From: Octopus bimaculoides
Taxonomy: Eukaryota
DNA: 35,944 bases
Direction: 5' to 3'
Assembly (NCBI RefSeq): GCF_001194135.2
Contig: NC_068986.1
Location: 77,820,668-77,856,611, forward strand
Shown: piece by piece, positions 1 through 11,052 of the stretch
How the letters are laid out: each line of letters opens with the position of its first letter
Position numbering within the stretch: the stretch's first letter is position 1
Program-made: the position numbers and the translations under genes
Notes under the pieces: model-generated
Database searches by the model: none
The model's input: only the letters and a program-made list of their open reading frames with translations
Told to the model about the DNA's origin: nothing

Positions 1-272
1 GCTCTTGTGCGGGTGATACATGAGGTTTCTCGAGCGAGATGAGCGTGGTCGTTGCCAGTACCGCCTGACTGGCCTTCGTGCGGGTGACACGTAAAAGCAC
101 CCACTACACTCTCTGAGTGGTTGGCGTTAGGAAGGGCATCCAGCTGTAGAAACACTGCCAAATCAGATTGGAGCCTGGTGTAGCCATCTGGTTTCACCAG
201 TCCTCAGTCAAATCGTCCAACCCATGCTAGCATGGAAAGTGGACGTTAAACGACGACGACGACGACGACGAT
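1..272 (+). mobile_element. Retroposon family C copy (LINE 3' UTR or SINE-like), trinucleotide tail
   Basis: Contains the recurrent blocks gtaaaagcacccactacactc, ggcgttaggaagggcatccagctgtagaaac and cccatgctagcatggaaa...gacgttaaacga, followed by a (CGA)n tail. The same blocks recur in several other copies in this window. Confidence 0.85.
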
Positions 273-358
273 GTGAGAGGCCAGATCTGGCCCGTTTGAA
301 TATAAAACAGGTAGAATATTTGGATCTAATATGGCCTGTTTAAATACTAAATGGTTAA
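273..358. mobile_element. Partial TTAA-ended MITE (same family as 29959-30177, opposite orientation)
   Basis: The segment gaggccagatctggcccgtttgaa...tactaaatggttaa is an approximate reverse complement of the start of the 29955 element. Confidence 0.6.
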
Positions 359-629
359 AAGAATCTTATTTTCCTAATTTATTTCCCCTTTTCTTGCAGA
401 GTTGCTAACAATTGTTATAAATTTTTGTTTGCATTCTCCCACTTAAAGAGCATGCCATTTATTACATCAACTTGAAAACTCTGTTTATTCAAATATCCTG
501 GTATTAGTCTTTTTGAGTTATTTCACATTTTATATTTTAATCATAAATAATTTATTAACTTTTCTCAGAGTTACAATCATGCAGAGAGTTTTGTAATCCC
601 ACACATATGATTTTATATACACATATATA

Positions 630-767
630 GTGATATATGTATATGTTGTAACATCTATCTATCTATCTATCTATCTATCATCTATCTCCTTTCCTCCCTC
701 CTCCCTATCTGTTAGTCTCCTCCTCTCTCTCTATATAAATATATATAAATATATATATATATGTATG

Positions 768-803
<36 letters not shown>

Positions 804-894
804 TACAGACATATATACACACAAACATGTATATAGTGATATGTGGAAGAGATATAAGAAGAGAACGAAATGGAAATAATGAATGCATTGGAAT

Positions 895-989
<95 letters not shown>

Positions 990-1010
990 ACGAGAGAGAG
1001 AGAGAGAGAA
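630..1010. repeat. Compound microsatellite: (ATCT)n, (TA)n, (CA)n, (AG)n
   Basis: Directly visible; includes a long pure (AG)n run from about 900 to 980. Confidence 0.95.
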
Positions 1011-1681
1011 TGATAATGTGGTAAAAGTAAGGAAGTATATTTTCTGTATCCCCTTGCCAAATGCTTAGAAAGTTAATGCATCAATTATTCTCTGTCACTA
1101 TGGCACTTTATTAGACACTGGACACATTTCTTTGACAAACAAAGCTAGTTTTGTTTAACTCTGTCTGTTAGAACTCCAGAATAGTAAACATTATTATAGT
1201 TTGCCTGGTCTCACAACCGGAGTAGCAGCACTTTGATCTGTTCAGTTGTAAGTAATTTAACATGTGTGAAATATATTGTCAGCAATCAGGTATTTGCCTG
1301 TATGGTGCAACAATGCCAGATAGCAATAATGAGTCTGTGTACATTTGGTCATGTTTTTGAAGATTCATTACTTCTTTGGTGAACAATTAAATGTAATGCA
1401 AAAAAGAATTGTCTCCTGGACTTGCTGAAATAACATTAGTCAATAACAAATGTTATTTTCTGTTTTTTTTTCTCTTGCTGTATAATTCTTTTCTTCATTA
1501 TCATAATTTATATTCCATGCATTAAATGCTGCCGATGATGGTGGTGGTGCATTCCCCATTGGTTTTAACAATAAGCATTCAGTTGTTCAATCAACTAAAC
1601 TGCCTTACTTCAGCAACTGAAGAATGCCACCAAGGAGATAGGCATAATCGCTGAAACTAGCTCAATGTGGCTGTGGTTTTG

Positions 1682-1893
1682 GGTGGGGAACTGGCAGAGC
1701 CATTACTGTGCTGGAAAAAATGCTTAATGACATTGCTTCTGACTTTATGTTTTGAGTTCAAATGCTGCAGGGATTGACTTAGCCTTTCATCTTTTCAGGT
1801 TTGATAAGATATGTACCAGTTGAGCACCGGGTTCAATGTAATCAACTTGCACCCTCCCCCTCAATTGCCAGCCTTGTGTCAAAATTTGAAGCC
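1682..1893 (+). mobile_element. tRNA-derived SINE family B (Nin/Deu-domain-like)
   Basis: The head ggaactggcagag...gagttcaaat is followed by gcctttcatcttttcaggtttgataagatatgtacc, which resembles the Nin/Deu domain, and the element ends in gccttgtgtcaaaatttgaa. Multiple copies are present in the window. Confidence 0.8.
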
Positions 1894-1972
1894 AATGTAG
1901 TTGTGGTCGAAAGAATCTACAAGTGGGACTCTTCTGTAGGCGAAGACTAATTCAGTCCTGACTGCCTCACTC

Positions 1973-2164
1973 AGTGAAACATGGACACTGACAAAGAAAT
2001 TATCAAACAAACTAGATGGCTGCTACACAAAGATCCTGCAAATGGTGCTAAATGTGAAATGGCAGCAACATATGACAAACGAATGCCTATATGGAGATCT
2101 GCTGAAAATTAGTGAGAAGATCAAGCAAAGATGGCTGCGACTATCTGGTCACTCCATGTGCCAC
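1973..2164 (+). mobile_element. RTE-clade non-LTR retrotransposon ORF remnant (post-RT region)
   Basis: The frame reads SETWTLTKKLSNKLDGCYTKILQMVLNVKWQQHMTNECLYGDLLKISEKIKQRWLRLSGH, a typical RTE/RTE-X C-terminal pattern (ETWTLT..LDGCYT.ML...LN..W..H.TN..LY). Confidence 0.8.
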
Positions 2165-3011
2165 TCTGCGTCGCATTCTGCATTAAATATATTGGCTTTG
2201 ACTCAACTGTAACTATACTTTGCCCTAGCTTCGTAAGTGTAGTATAGCCCAAGTTTAGTCCTGGTCAACAAACCTTTGATTATCTGCAGTAGCTATGATC
2301 ATCTCATCTTTTATTCAAAAACAGTGCATTTAGGACTACATTATCCAATATATCCTTCCCTTTTCAGAATAGTAGGATGTTATTTGAGGGAAATTTAACT
2401 GCTATTTCTAACAGTCACCACACAGAAGCTCTCTTGTTGGATCGATGTGTCTTTAGGTCAAGATATTATGACTAACATAAAGGCAAAGTGTTACTAAAAT
2501 TGTTTAAGTATATTATTTAATTATAATAAAAGAAATACATTTTTTCTTGACATGAGAATAATTTTCAATATTAATTGTTCAACTGTCCTAACATTACATT
2601 CTCTTTATTGTAGTCATTTTAGTCATGGCAAAACTCATAACATTTATTATATCCTATTGCAACAGTTAAGTGTATAATGAACATGACAGATAAGCATTTT
2701 AAATGGTTGTCTCTTTGATCTGTTTTCTATAATTAGTAGTAGACTTCGTTATCTACAATGAGTTATGAGAATACTAATGTCCATGAAAACTTGGTGGGGA
2801 ATAAATTACTGAAGTAAATCCTGTTTGCATTTTTTATGTAGATTTACACCTATGTTGTGAACTGACAATGTTGTGAACCAATGTTAAGTGACATATGGCT
2901 GTAGGGTTTTACAAACATCTTGAATAAGCTTGCTCACATGAGTTAGAACACACATCATGAAAAAAGAAGAATGTTGGATTTAAAGGGTAATCTAATTCAT
3001 TGTCTGATATT

Positions 3012-3223
3012 GGTTTCAAATTTCAAATTTTCGCACAAGGCCAGCAACTCTGGGGGGGGGGTAAGTTGATTATATCGACTCGGGTATTCGACTAGTACTT
3101 ATTTTATTGACCCCTAAAAGGATAAAAGGTAAAGTTGACCTTGGTGGAATTTGAATGCAGAATGTAAAGATGGACAAAATGCCACTGAGCATTTTGCCTG
3201 GCATGCATACAATTCTCAGTGCC
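3012..3223 (-). mobile_element. SINE family B copy
   Basis: Similar to the reverse complement of 1682-1893 (ggtttcaaattt...cacaaggccagcaa...gataaaaggtaaagttgacc). Confidence 0.8.
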
Positions 3224-3321
3224 TGATATTCAAACCACTGCTTAGCCTTGAGTTCTTTCCTTTAGAGGTGCTGCTTCTGTTGCTAGCATTCAGACAAAGT
3301 TTCCACTATGGGTTTATCAAT

Positions 3322-3765
3322 AAGGCAGAGGCATGGCTGTGTGGTTAAGAAGTTTGCTTTGAAATCATGTGGTTTCCAGTTTAGTCCCACTGTGCAGCAC
3401 CTTGGACAAGTGTCTTCTACTATAGCCTTGGGATGACCAATATTTTGTCAGTGAATTTGGTTGACAGAAACTCTATGAAAGCCTATTGTGTGTGTGTGTG
3501 TGTGTGTGTATGTGTGCATGCGTGCGTGTGTGTGTGTGTGTGTATGTGTGCATGCATGCGTGTGTGTGTGTTTGTCATCACCCATTACACCACCTGATAA
3601 CTAGTGTTGGTTTGTTTACAACCACAAAACTTGGCTCAGCAAAAGTGACTGATAGAATAAGTACCAGGCTCAAACAATAAGTACTGGGGGCAATTTGTTT
3701 GACTAAAAATACACTTTAAGAAAGTGCCTCAACATGGTCACAGTCCAATGACTGAAACAAGTTAA
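3322..3765 (+). mobile_element. tRNA-derived SINE family A, full length, with internal (TG)n
   Basis: Structure is head ggcatggctgtgtggttaagaagtttgct...ttagtcccactg, body cttctactatagcc...gtgaatttgg, internal microsatellite, then 3' part gatagaataagtaccagg...atgactgaaacaag. Confidence 0.85.
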
Positions 3766-4484
3766 TGACATTCCTTAATTTCACCCACCAGTTTTGGAGG
3801 CCTTACATGATGATTATAAGTGTCACCCTTCCTACCCCTAATTAAACCATTACAAGACACAAATTCTCAGCTCTTGCACAAACAGTTGTGTAGCTCAGTA
3901 GCTTGTCATTTTGAGCTTAATGTAAAAATTCCTAATCTGTAAGAATATTCTTTTAAATATTTTAAATTACAATGTTAAAAGTTGACATTTTAAATCACTA
4001 TGTTAAAAAAGTACCATACTAAATTAGTGTTAAACAACCAGGATACCAAACTGGTAGGTTAACCTAAAATAACTTTTAAATTGAACCTTAGGTTAATTTC
4101 AGAAAAACTCTCTAAAACATGGAAAATTTATTTTCTTTTTTTAATAATAAACTGTCAGATTTTGTCAAAAATTACTGCCTTCACCAATTCAACTGAACTG
4201 TAAACATTTAAAAAAAAAAAAACATCCTATTAGTTGGCAAGGAAAACAGTTTCACTAAAATTAAATGCTTATTTTTGAAAATTTTTATGTAACTTAATTA
4301 GAAGAGGAAGGTCAGAAGTCGTGACACTTTCCAGGGTCTGAAAATGGTGAGAGGCAAGAAAAAAGTTATTCTCAGGCTGCAGAACTGACCACAATGCTTC
4401 TAAAAACATCCAAGATCTTTGTGGTGGTGTTTAATTGAGCGATGCATTTAATCTACCATCCAAGAACTGGAATGAAACTCTCTG

Positions 4485-4626
4485 TTGGGATTTCACATAG
4501 TTTCTGTTGGTCAAATTCCTCTCACCAGGCTTTGGCCAAACTAAGGCTATAGTCAGAGATATTTGCCCAGAGAGATGGGATTCAAAATCATGTGGTTACG
4601 AAGCAAACCTTTTACAGTCATACTTG
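4485..4626 (-). mobile_element. SINE family A, 5' half, degraded
   Basis: The segment aggctttggcc..aggctatagt..atttgccca..atcatgtggtt..aagcaaac matches the family A head in reverse. Confidence 0.65.
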
Positions 4627-4840
4627 TATCCATAAATATCAAACTTTTCCAGATTTGTAAGAACAGAAAGTTTAATTAAGTTTCTGTTATGGTCAGGGAC
4701 ATAATGAGAAATTTAAGATAAATTTAAGACAAGGGATCCAAAGGCAAAGTCACTAAATTCTCTTTACTCATGTATGATTTTTATTTAGCTCTTATGAACA
4801 CACACACATCTTACTTTTATATATATTCATTATATAACAA

Positions 4841-4977
4841 GTGAGGCTGTGTGGTTGCTTATCAATAATGTGGTCTTGGGTTCAGTTCCTCTGCTTAGCA
4901 TTACTATAGCCAATACCCCTGGACTTACCAAAGATTTGTGAGTAGATTTTGCTGATAAAACTGAAAGAAGACTGTTG

Positions 4978-4980
<3 letters not shown>
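4841..4980 (+). mobile_element. SINE family A, 5' half, degraded, running into microsatellites
   Basis: The segment ggctgtgtggtt..gggttcagttcc..ctatagcc..tgtgagtagatttt..aaactgaaagaag is followed by (TA)n. Confidence 0.7.
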
Positions 4981-5011
<31 letters not shown>

Positions 5012-5044
5012 ACAAATCTATCTATCTATCTATCTATCTCTCTC

Positions 5045-5119
<75 letters not shown>

Positions 5120-5229
5120 CTGTGCATGTGTGTGTGTATGTATACATATATACATAAATGCATATACATACACACACAGACACAGACATATCCATACATA
5201 CACACACACACAACTGTATATATATGTAT

Positions 5230-5418
5230 GAGGACAGCTGCATGAAGAGAAGTACTGAGCTGTAATTGTGAAGGGTATCTGTGGAAGTGGGGACACCCAG
5301 GAAGACATGGGACAAAGTGGTGAGAAAGAATCTTCAGACACTGGGCCTCACTGAGGAAATGACAAGGGACCGGGAGATGTAGGGACTCACTGTACTTGAT
5401 AAGACATGGTCAAGCTGA
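5230..5418 (+). mobile_element. RTE-clade LINE ORF 3' end remnant
   Basis: From 5296 the frame reads PRKTWDKVVRKNLQTLGLTEEMTRDREM*, the RTE C-terminal G.R..GRP..TW...V..DL motif with a frameshift and a stop. Confidence 0.75.
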
Positions 5419-5454
5419 GTAAAATCACTGTCTTCCACATACCCAGGATTGTCC

Positions 5455-5703
5455 TTTCAGGTGCCAGTGCCACATAAAAAGCACCCATGCTTTATCTGTG
5501 GGACTGAGCCAGTGCTGCATGTGAAAAGCTGGTGGCATGTGAAAAGCACCCACTACACTCTGTTAAGTAGCTGGCATTAGGAAGGGCATTCAACTGTAGA
5601 AACCATGCCACGACAGACAATTGGAGTCTGGCCAGCTGCAAACCGTCCAACCTATGCTAGCATGGAAAGACGACATTAAACGATGATGGTGATGATGATG
5701 ATA
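5455..5703 (+). mobile_element. Retroposon family C copy with (GAT)n tail
   Basis: Same blocks as 1-272; directly follows the RTE ORF end. Confidence 0.85.
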
Positions 5704-5715
5704 ATACACACACAC

Positions 5716-5762
<47 letters not shown>

Positions 5763-5769
5763 GTATATA

Positions 5770-6145
5770 GTGACAATGACATGCAACCAAGACCTTTGGA
5801 GATATGCCATGCTTGTGAAGACCTGTTGAACCAAGTGAAAGCGTAGTCGCAGCCAATGCTAGTGCAACCTGACTGGCACCCCTGCTGGCGGCATGTAAAA
5901 AGCACCATTTGAGTGTGGTCGATGCCAGTGCCGCTTGACAGGCTCCCATGCCAGTGGCATGTAAAAGCATCCACTACACTCTTGGAGGGGTTGGTGTTAG
6001 GACGGACATCCAACTGTAGAAACCTTGCCAAATCAGACTGGAGCATGGTGCAGCTTCCCAGCTTGCCAGTTCTCAGTCAAACCAGCCAACCCATGCCAGC
6101 ATCAAAAGTGGATGTTAAACGATTACTATAATGATGATGATATAA
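5770..6145 (+). mobile_element. Retroposon family C copy
   Basis: Contains repeated ggcatgtaaaa(a)gca subunits, the aggacatccaactgtagaaacc block, cccatgccagcat and a GAT-like tail. Confidence 0.8.
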
Positions 6146-6599
6146 ATATTGTTACAGATCCTGGTATATTTCAAGTATGATCTGCTAAGATATCAAATCA
6201 CCTGATTGATAACCAAAAATAAATACTATCCCTTTTGATTTCATCTTTCCAAGTTCTCTCTTGTGGAAAGACAGTTTATCAAGATTTCCTGTTTTGGTAA
6301 TGTAAAGAAGTTATTCCCTCCCTTATTCTAATTTGCTCCCTGGTTTTGGCATTTCCTTTGAATCTGTTCCCTATAGAAATTGGTTTTTGCACTTGTTCAC
6401 TTTGTACTAATTTACCATTTTGTATGTTCTCCAAGCTTAATTAATAAATCCTTCCTCTTATAATGAGTCTTTCACTAATAATTAAATCATTTTCTTAAAA
6501 ACTAAACAATGATTTCTGTTATCTTTTCCTCTCAGAAAGTGAACATCTCATTTTATTACTTGTGCTAAAGTAAACATTAGGACATAGCAACGCAAAAAG

Positions 6600-6745
6600 A
6601 AATGTGTGTGCATGCACACACACACACACACAAACACGTACAGACACACACTCACACATACATATGCTCACACACACACATGCACGCACACACACCACAC
6701 ACACATGCATACACACCAATGTGCACACAAACAGACAGACAGAAA
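6600..6745. repeat. Degenerate (CA)n/(TG)n microsatellite
   Basis: Directly visible. Confidence 0.9.
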
Positions 6746-7559
6746 TGCTTGGGATATCTTTTTTATTGATGTTCTTCCATATCTTAAGATTATGGTAAAG
6801 CAGTTTCTGCTGTTCACTTTTATCAATCTACATGTTAGTACACTACATAAATTCTTAACATTATCTGATTAAGAGTAAAAAAAAAAACCCACTAAAGAAA
6901 TATCATCTTAGAACTAAACCAGAAGATACCTGAAAGAAAACAAAGATAAAATAAACACAAATTAAAATCAATGTTTTGAAAGTTTTTTTTCTTTTTCTGC
7001 TTAAAGCTATTTTTGATATGGATCCAGATTTCTAAAACTCATTCCTCATTCGCTTTTACACACTAGTTGAATTGTTCTGGAAATCTGCATGAGTTGTTGG
7101 AGAAAATCTATGGCTGAATTATCATTATTTTCGTTTTTTCATATTTCAGTCAAGAAAGAACAGCAGTGCTCATGACACTTCCCAGAGCCTCCAGAACTAG
7201 TGGGCTGGCCCAGAGCTTGTTCATTCTTCTGAACATTGCTGCTGCACAATTCACACCTGCCTCAGTGCCCCACTCTGTACCAATAATGATGCCCTGAGAA
7301 GTGAAGTTGGGACATCTTTAGTGGATTTTTCATTCACAAGAATTTGTGTCTTTCCTTTACTCCTGACCTACATCATGCACTCACTCATTACATTACACCC
7401 ACCCCTAATTCTCACTCTCTTTTTGCAATCTTGTGAACTCTCCCACCCATTCACCCTATCCAGTCTCCAGTCCACTTTACTATATACACCTCCCTGTAAC
7501 ATTTGGGTGAAAACCTGCTGCCTTCTCCCCATTACATCTTCATCAGCTTCTCTCTCCCT

Positions 7560-7875
7560 CCTCTCTCTCCATCTGTGGTAGCCATGTTTTCCTTCTAATG
7601 CAAGGTGCTGTTTTGTCCCTCAATACTATTTCACACCTTCGTTGAGGGGGGTCTTGACCTGCAAGTTGCTTGGTGATCACACTGTTACTGGTATCACATA
7701 TAAAGCATCCAGTACACTCTGTAAAGTAGTTGGCATTAGGAAGGGCATCCAGCCATAGGAACCATGCCAAAGCAAACAGCAAAGCTTGGTGCAATCTTCT
7801 GATTTGGCAGTTCCTGTCAAACCGTCCTACTCATGCCAACATGGATAAAGGATGGTAAATGATGATGATGTTGAT
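7560..7875 (+). mobile_element. Retroposon family C copy with longer 5' part
   Basis: The segment tgcaagttgcttggtgat...aagcatccagtacactctgtaaagtagttggcattaggaagggcatccagc...catgccaacatgga is followed by (GAT)n. Confidence 0.8.
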
Positions 7876-8762
7876 GAGAAGCAGAGTTGATGAAAGCAGA
7901 GTTGATCTTGGTGAATTATTGAACTCATGATACTGGAAGCCAGAACAAATGCCATAAGGTATTTTTACCAATGCTCTAATCCTTCTGTCAACACCTCACC
8001 CAATGTTATTCTTAAAGCACAATAGTTAGCATGTGATGAGTTCAAACTTCGTATGAAATGGTTTGAGACTGAGGTATTCAAGAATGGTTGCATAGTTGAT
8101 ATATTGAACTTTATTACTTACTTTTTTTATATTATATTGTGACATATATTTACTTACATATGTTAGAAAAAAAAAAAGGAATGATTGAAGATGAGGAGTC
8201 TGCAAGCTGCAGTACAGGCAGCTTACTGTAAGAAATCAGTAACAGAAAAATAACATATAAAGGGTTGAGGGGACGATTTAATCCTGTCCTTATAGTCTTC
8301 CTAGTGCTGGTTGTATGATAGCATCTGCCCAGTCCACTCTGTATAGTGGTTGTTGATAGGAAGGGTATCCAGTTATAGAAACTATGCTTAAAAGAAAGAT
8401 GAACAACAACAGAGATTAGTGTTATTTTTCTCTAATGAAGTGTTTCTCTGATGACAAAACATTGTAACAGGAGACTAGATACCATGTGATCATCCAACTC
8501 ATTGTTTCTCATAGGGCAGCAGAGAGAACTATATGGGGCTGTAATAGGGTGGCCAAATTACAGTGTTTGTTCAAAACCATGGCAAAGGAAGATGAATTAT
8601 ATGGATGCAAACAATATTTTATCTTCTCATTAACTAAGAGAAAAGGGGCAAAGAATTTTGTGAAGTGGGTAGGCTGGTATTTGTCAGCTGAAGAATCATT
8701 GGTCTGATCCATGATGCCAGCATGGAAAACAAAGATTTAGAACAATGATAATATATATATAA

Positions 8763-8912
8763 GATAGGCTTCTGCAGTTTCTGTGTACCTAATTTCACTC
8801 ACTGGGCATTGATCAACCCCAGTCTGTGGTACTTGCCCAAAGTGTTTCCATGTGGGATTGGACGTACAAACCACATGGTTGCAAATCAAACTTCTCCACT
8901 ACATAACTATGC
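8763..8912 (-). mobile_element. SINE family A, 5' half, degraded
   Basis: The segment ggcttctgcagtttc..cactcact..cttgcccaa..accacatggtt..aaacttct resembles the family A head in reverse. Confidence 0.6.
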
Positions 8913-9692
8913 TTCTTTAGTAATAAATCCTTTAAAAATTTGAATCTTTGTTGGTCTTTTGAAAGTTTTGTTTCCATGCAGTAATATATGAAAGGCAATT
9001 TTTTCATTTGTCTCTAACCCTCTTCCAACACACTCATACACATTTTAGTGTAAGGCCACCTTTTTCACTATGTGTTTTCATATGATAAGATAATTGCACA
9101 GGAAATTGTCTAAACAAACATTTCCCAAACACAGTATCTCAGAAGCTAGTACGCCAGATTACTCAGTAGTTATATTACTAGAATAGCCTTTCTTTCAGAT
9201 GTCTGTACAAATTCGGGTTATTGGTATTTTTTACTTGTATCAGCCTTTGGAGAAAATAAATAAACAAACAAATAAATGAAGAAATAAATAAAGAAAGAAA
9301 AATAAGAAACAACTCTCTTTTAGATGTAAATAATTTCCTTCAAAGTTTTCTCATGTAACCACTGAAAATTTGCACATCTTTCCAACCCATAATAGTATAT
9401 ATAAACAAACAAAAAGAAATTAAAGAACTACAGCATCAAAAAAGATGGTCTTCACATTCAAATTATTATTATTTTTTTTTTTTTCCTTTCAGTTTTCATT
9501 TGCAGACATTCAACAGGATAATGAGGCCAGTTTTATTCAAATGTTAGTACAGGTATTATAAAATGGTTAAACTAATCAAGCACTAAACAGACAACAACTG
9601 TAATAACACTAACAATAACAACAACAACATTAAAAAATGGAGAATACTGAAAGGTAGAAAAATAAAACAAAAAAAAATCCCAAAATCCAAAG

Positions 9693-9698
9693 CATGCA
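9693..9698 (-). promoter_or_regulatory. UGCAUG (Rbfox-type) motif about 40 nt downstream of the 12b-like donor
   Basis: Plus-strand catgca reads TGCATG on the gene strand. Function is inferred. Confidence 0.45.
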
Positions 9699-9738
9699 AA
9701 ACTGCTACCCCAATGAAAGCAAACAAAGGAATGGTTAC

Positions 9739-10051
9739 CTGAAAGGTTGTTATAAATGCCCAGAGAAGGGAATCAAAGTTAGCTCTTTTGCAGTGACAAC
9801 TAAGTTTGCTGGTAGCAGGTTTCCAATTTTGTAGTGATGGGAATGTAGTAGTGGTAGTAGTAGTACTAGTAGAATTAGTAGTAGAATTAATAATGTTGGT
9901 GACAGTTGTGGTAATATTGTTGTTGTTGTTATTGGTGGTGAAGATTGGAATAGCAGTGGTACTAGTAGTGGTGTTGATGGTGTAAATGGGTTCATCGTTC
10001 TGCTGATGACCTTCACAGAATTTGCCGCCGAAAAAACACATGCCTAAAACA
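9739..10051 (-). CDS. Cav3: Internal coding exon of Cav3, domain II S5/turret/P-helix, exon 12b-like, with long Thr/Asn-rich turret
   Basis: Translates (S)VLGMCFFGGKFC-[72 aa]-CHCKRANFDSLLWAFITTFQ. The GGxFC and RANFDSLLW motifs are 12b-type. Acceptor is ctttattttatctccccacctgcatgtag|T and donor is CAG|gtaacc. Length is 313 nt, phase 2 to phase 0, and the frame is open throughout. Confidence 0.92.
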
Positions 10052-10054
10052 CTA

Positions 10055-10060
10055 CATGCA
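10055..10060 (-). promoter_or_regulatory. UGCAUG motif immediately upstream of the 12b-like acceptor
   Basis: The gene strand reads cc-TGCATG-TAG|exon. Function is inferred. Confidence 0.4.
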
Positions 10061-10372
10061 GGTGGGGAGATAAAATAAAGTGACACAGTTGGCAAACTTG
10101 GGTAAAGAACAGTTCTAGTATTAATGGTTACAAATCTTCTGACTACATTGTTAGACAACAACTACAATGGCAGGTGAGGTTGAAGAGAGAATTAGTTATT
10201 ACATAAAACTGGTAACATGGAGAATACATATATATATGTGTGTGTATATATATATAAATATATATATATATATGTAGATACAATTATACACTTATATACA
10301 TATATATACATATTATATAAAATAAAATCTTGGCTGATGCATTAATGCGCTGCAGTTCTTGCAACAGCTGCT

Positions 10373-10552
10373 NNNNNNNNNNNNNNNNNNNNNNNNNNNN
10401 NNNNNNNNNNNNNNNNNNNNNNNNNNNNNNNNNNNNNNNNNNNNNNNNNNNNNNNNNNNNNNNNNNNNNNNNNNNNNNNNNNNNNNNNNNNNNNNNNNNN
10501 NNNNNNNNNNNNNNNNNNNNNNNNNNNNNNNNNNNNNNNNNNNNNNNNNNNN
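10373..10552. other. Assembly gap (N)
   Basis: Run of N. The other gaps are 17554-17650, 21802-22640, 22919-22928, 23580-24055, 25237-25578 and 28692-28730. Confidence 1.
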
Positions 10553-10776
10553 TATATATATATATATATATGTATGTATATACATATGTATGTATATACA
10601 TATATATGTATATACATATATATATACATACATATATATATATATACATACATATAAATATATATATATATATGTAGATACAATTATACACTTATATACA
10701 TATATATACATATTATATAAAATAAAATCTTGGCTGATGCATTAATGCGCTGCAGTTCTTGCAACAGCTGCTACTT

Positions 10777-10792
10777 AATGATGGTGATGATA

Positions 10793-10840
<48 letters not shown>

Positions 10841-10985
10841 GATGATGATGCTGATAAAGCGCATGGAATTATTGCAGATGACAATAAAGAGAGCAAGATA
10901 CAGAAAACATTGCCTCCCAGATTGATGCCAGTAAGCAACAGAACTCTACTAGCGAAAGCAATGTCAATGTAAATGTTGTTGTTGT

Positions 10986-11035
<50 letters not shown>

Positions 11036-11052
11036 ATGATGATGATGATGAT
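10777..11052. repeat. Two (GAT)n arrays flanking a unique ~120-bp spacer
   Basis: (GAT)n runs at about 10777-10850 and 10987-11052. On the gene strand they read (UCA)n. Confidence 0.9.

Noticed and set aside
193-206. Minus-strand TEDW codons resembling the next Cav3 exon (TQEDW)
   Set aside because: They lie inside a family C repeat with no surrounding homology. I did not find exon 13 or exon 11 in this window by eye.
630-1068. ORFs rich in ER/SL/YI/HT/CV dipeptides, here and at about 3486, 4949-5341, 6519-6872, 15224-15737, 17204-17755, 28394-28818 and 30869-31187
   Set aside because: They are translations of (AG)n, (TA)n and (CA)n microsatellites and show no protein homology signal.
7140-7400. 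Possible decayed LINE ORF end upstream of a family C copy
   Set aside because: No motif was recognisable with enough confidence to name.
9583-10161. 192-aa ORF as a stand-alone gene
   Set aside because: Only 9739-10051 is channel-like and bounded by AG/GT. The hydrophobic flanks are read-through of T-rich intron sequence.
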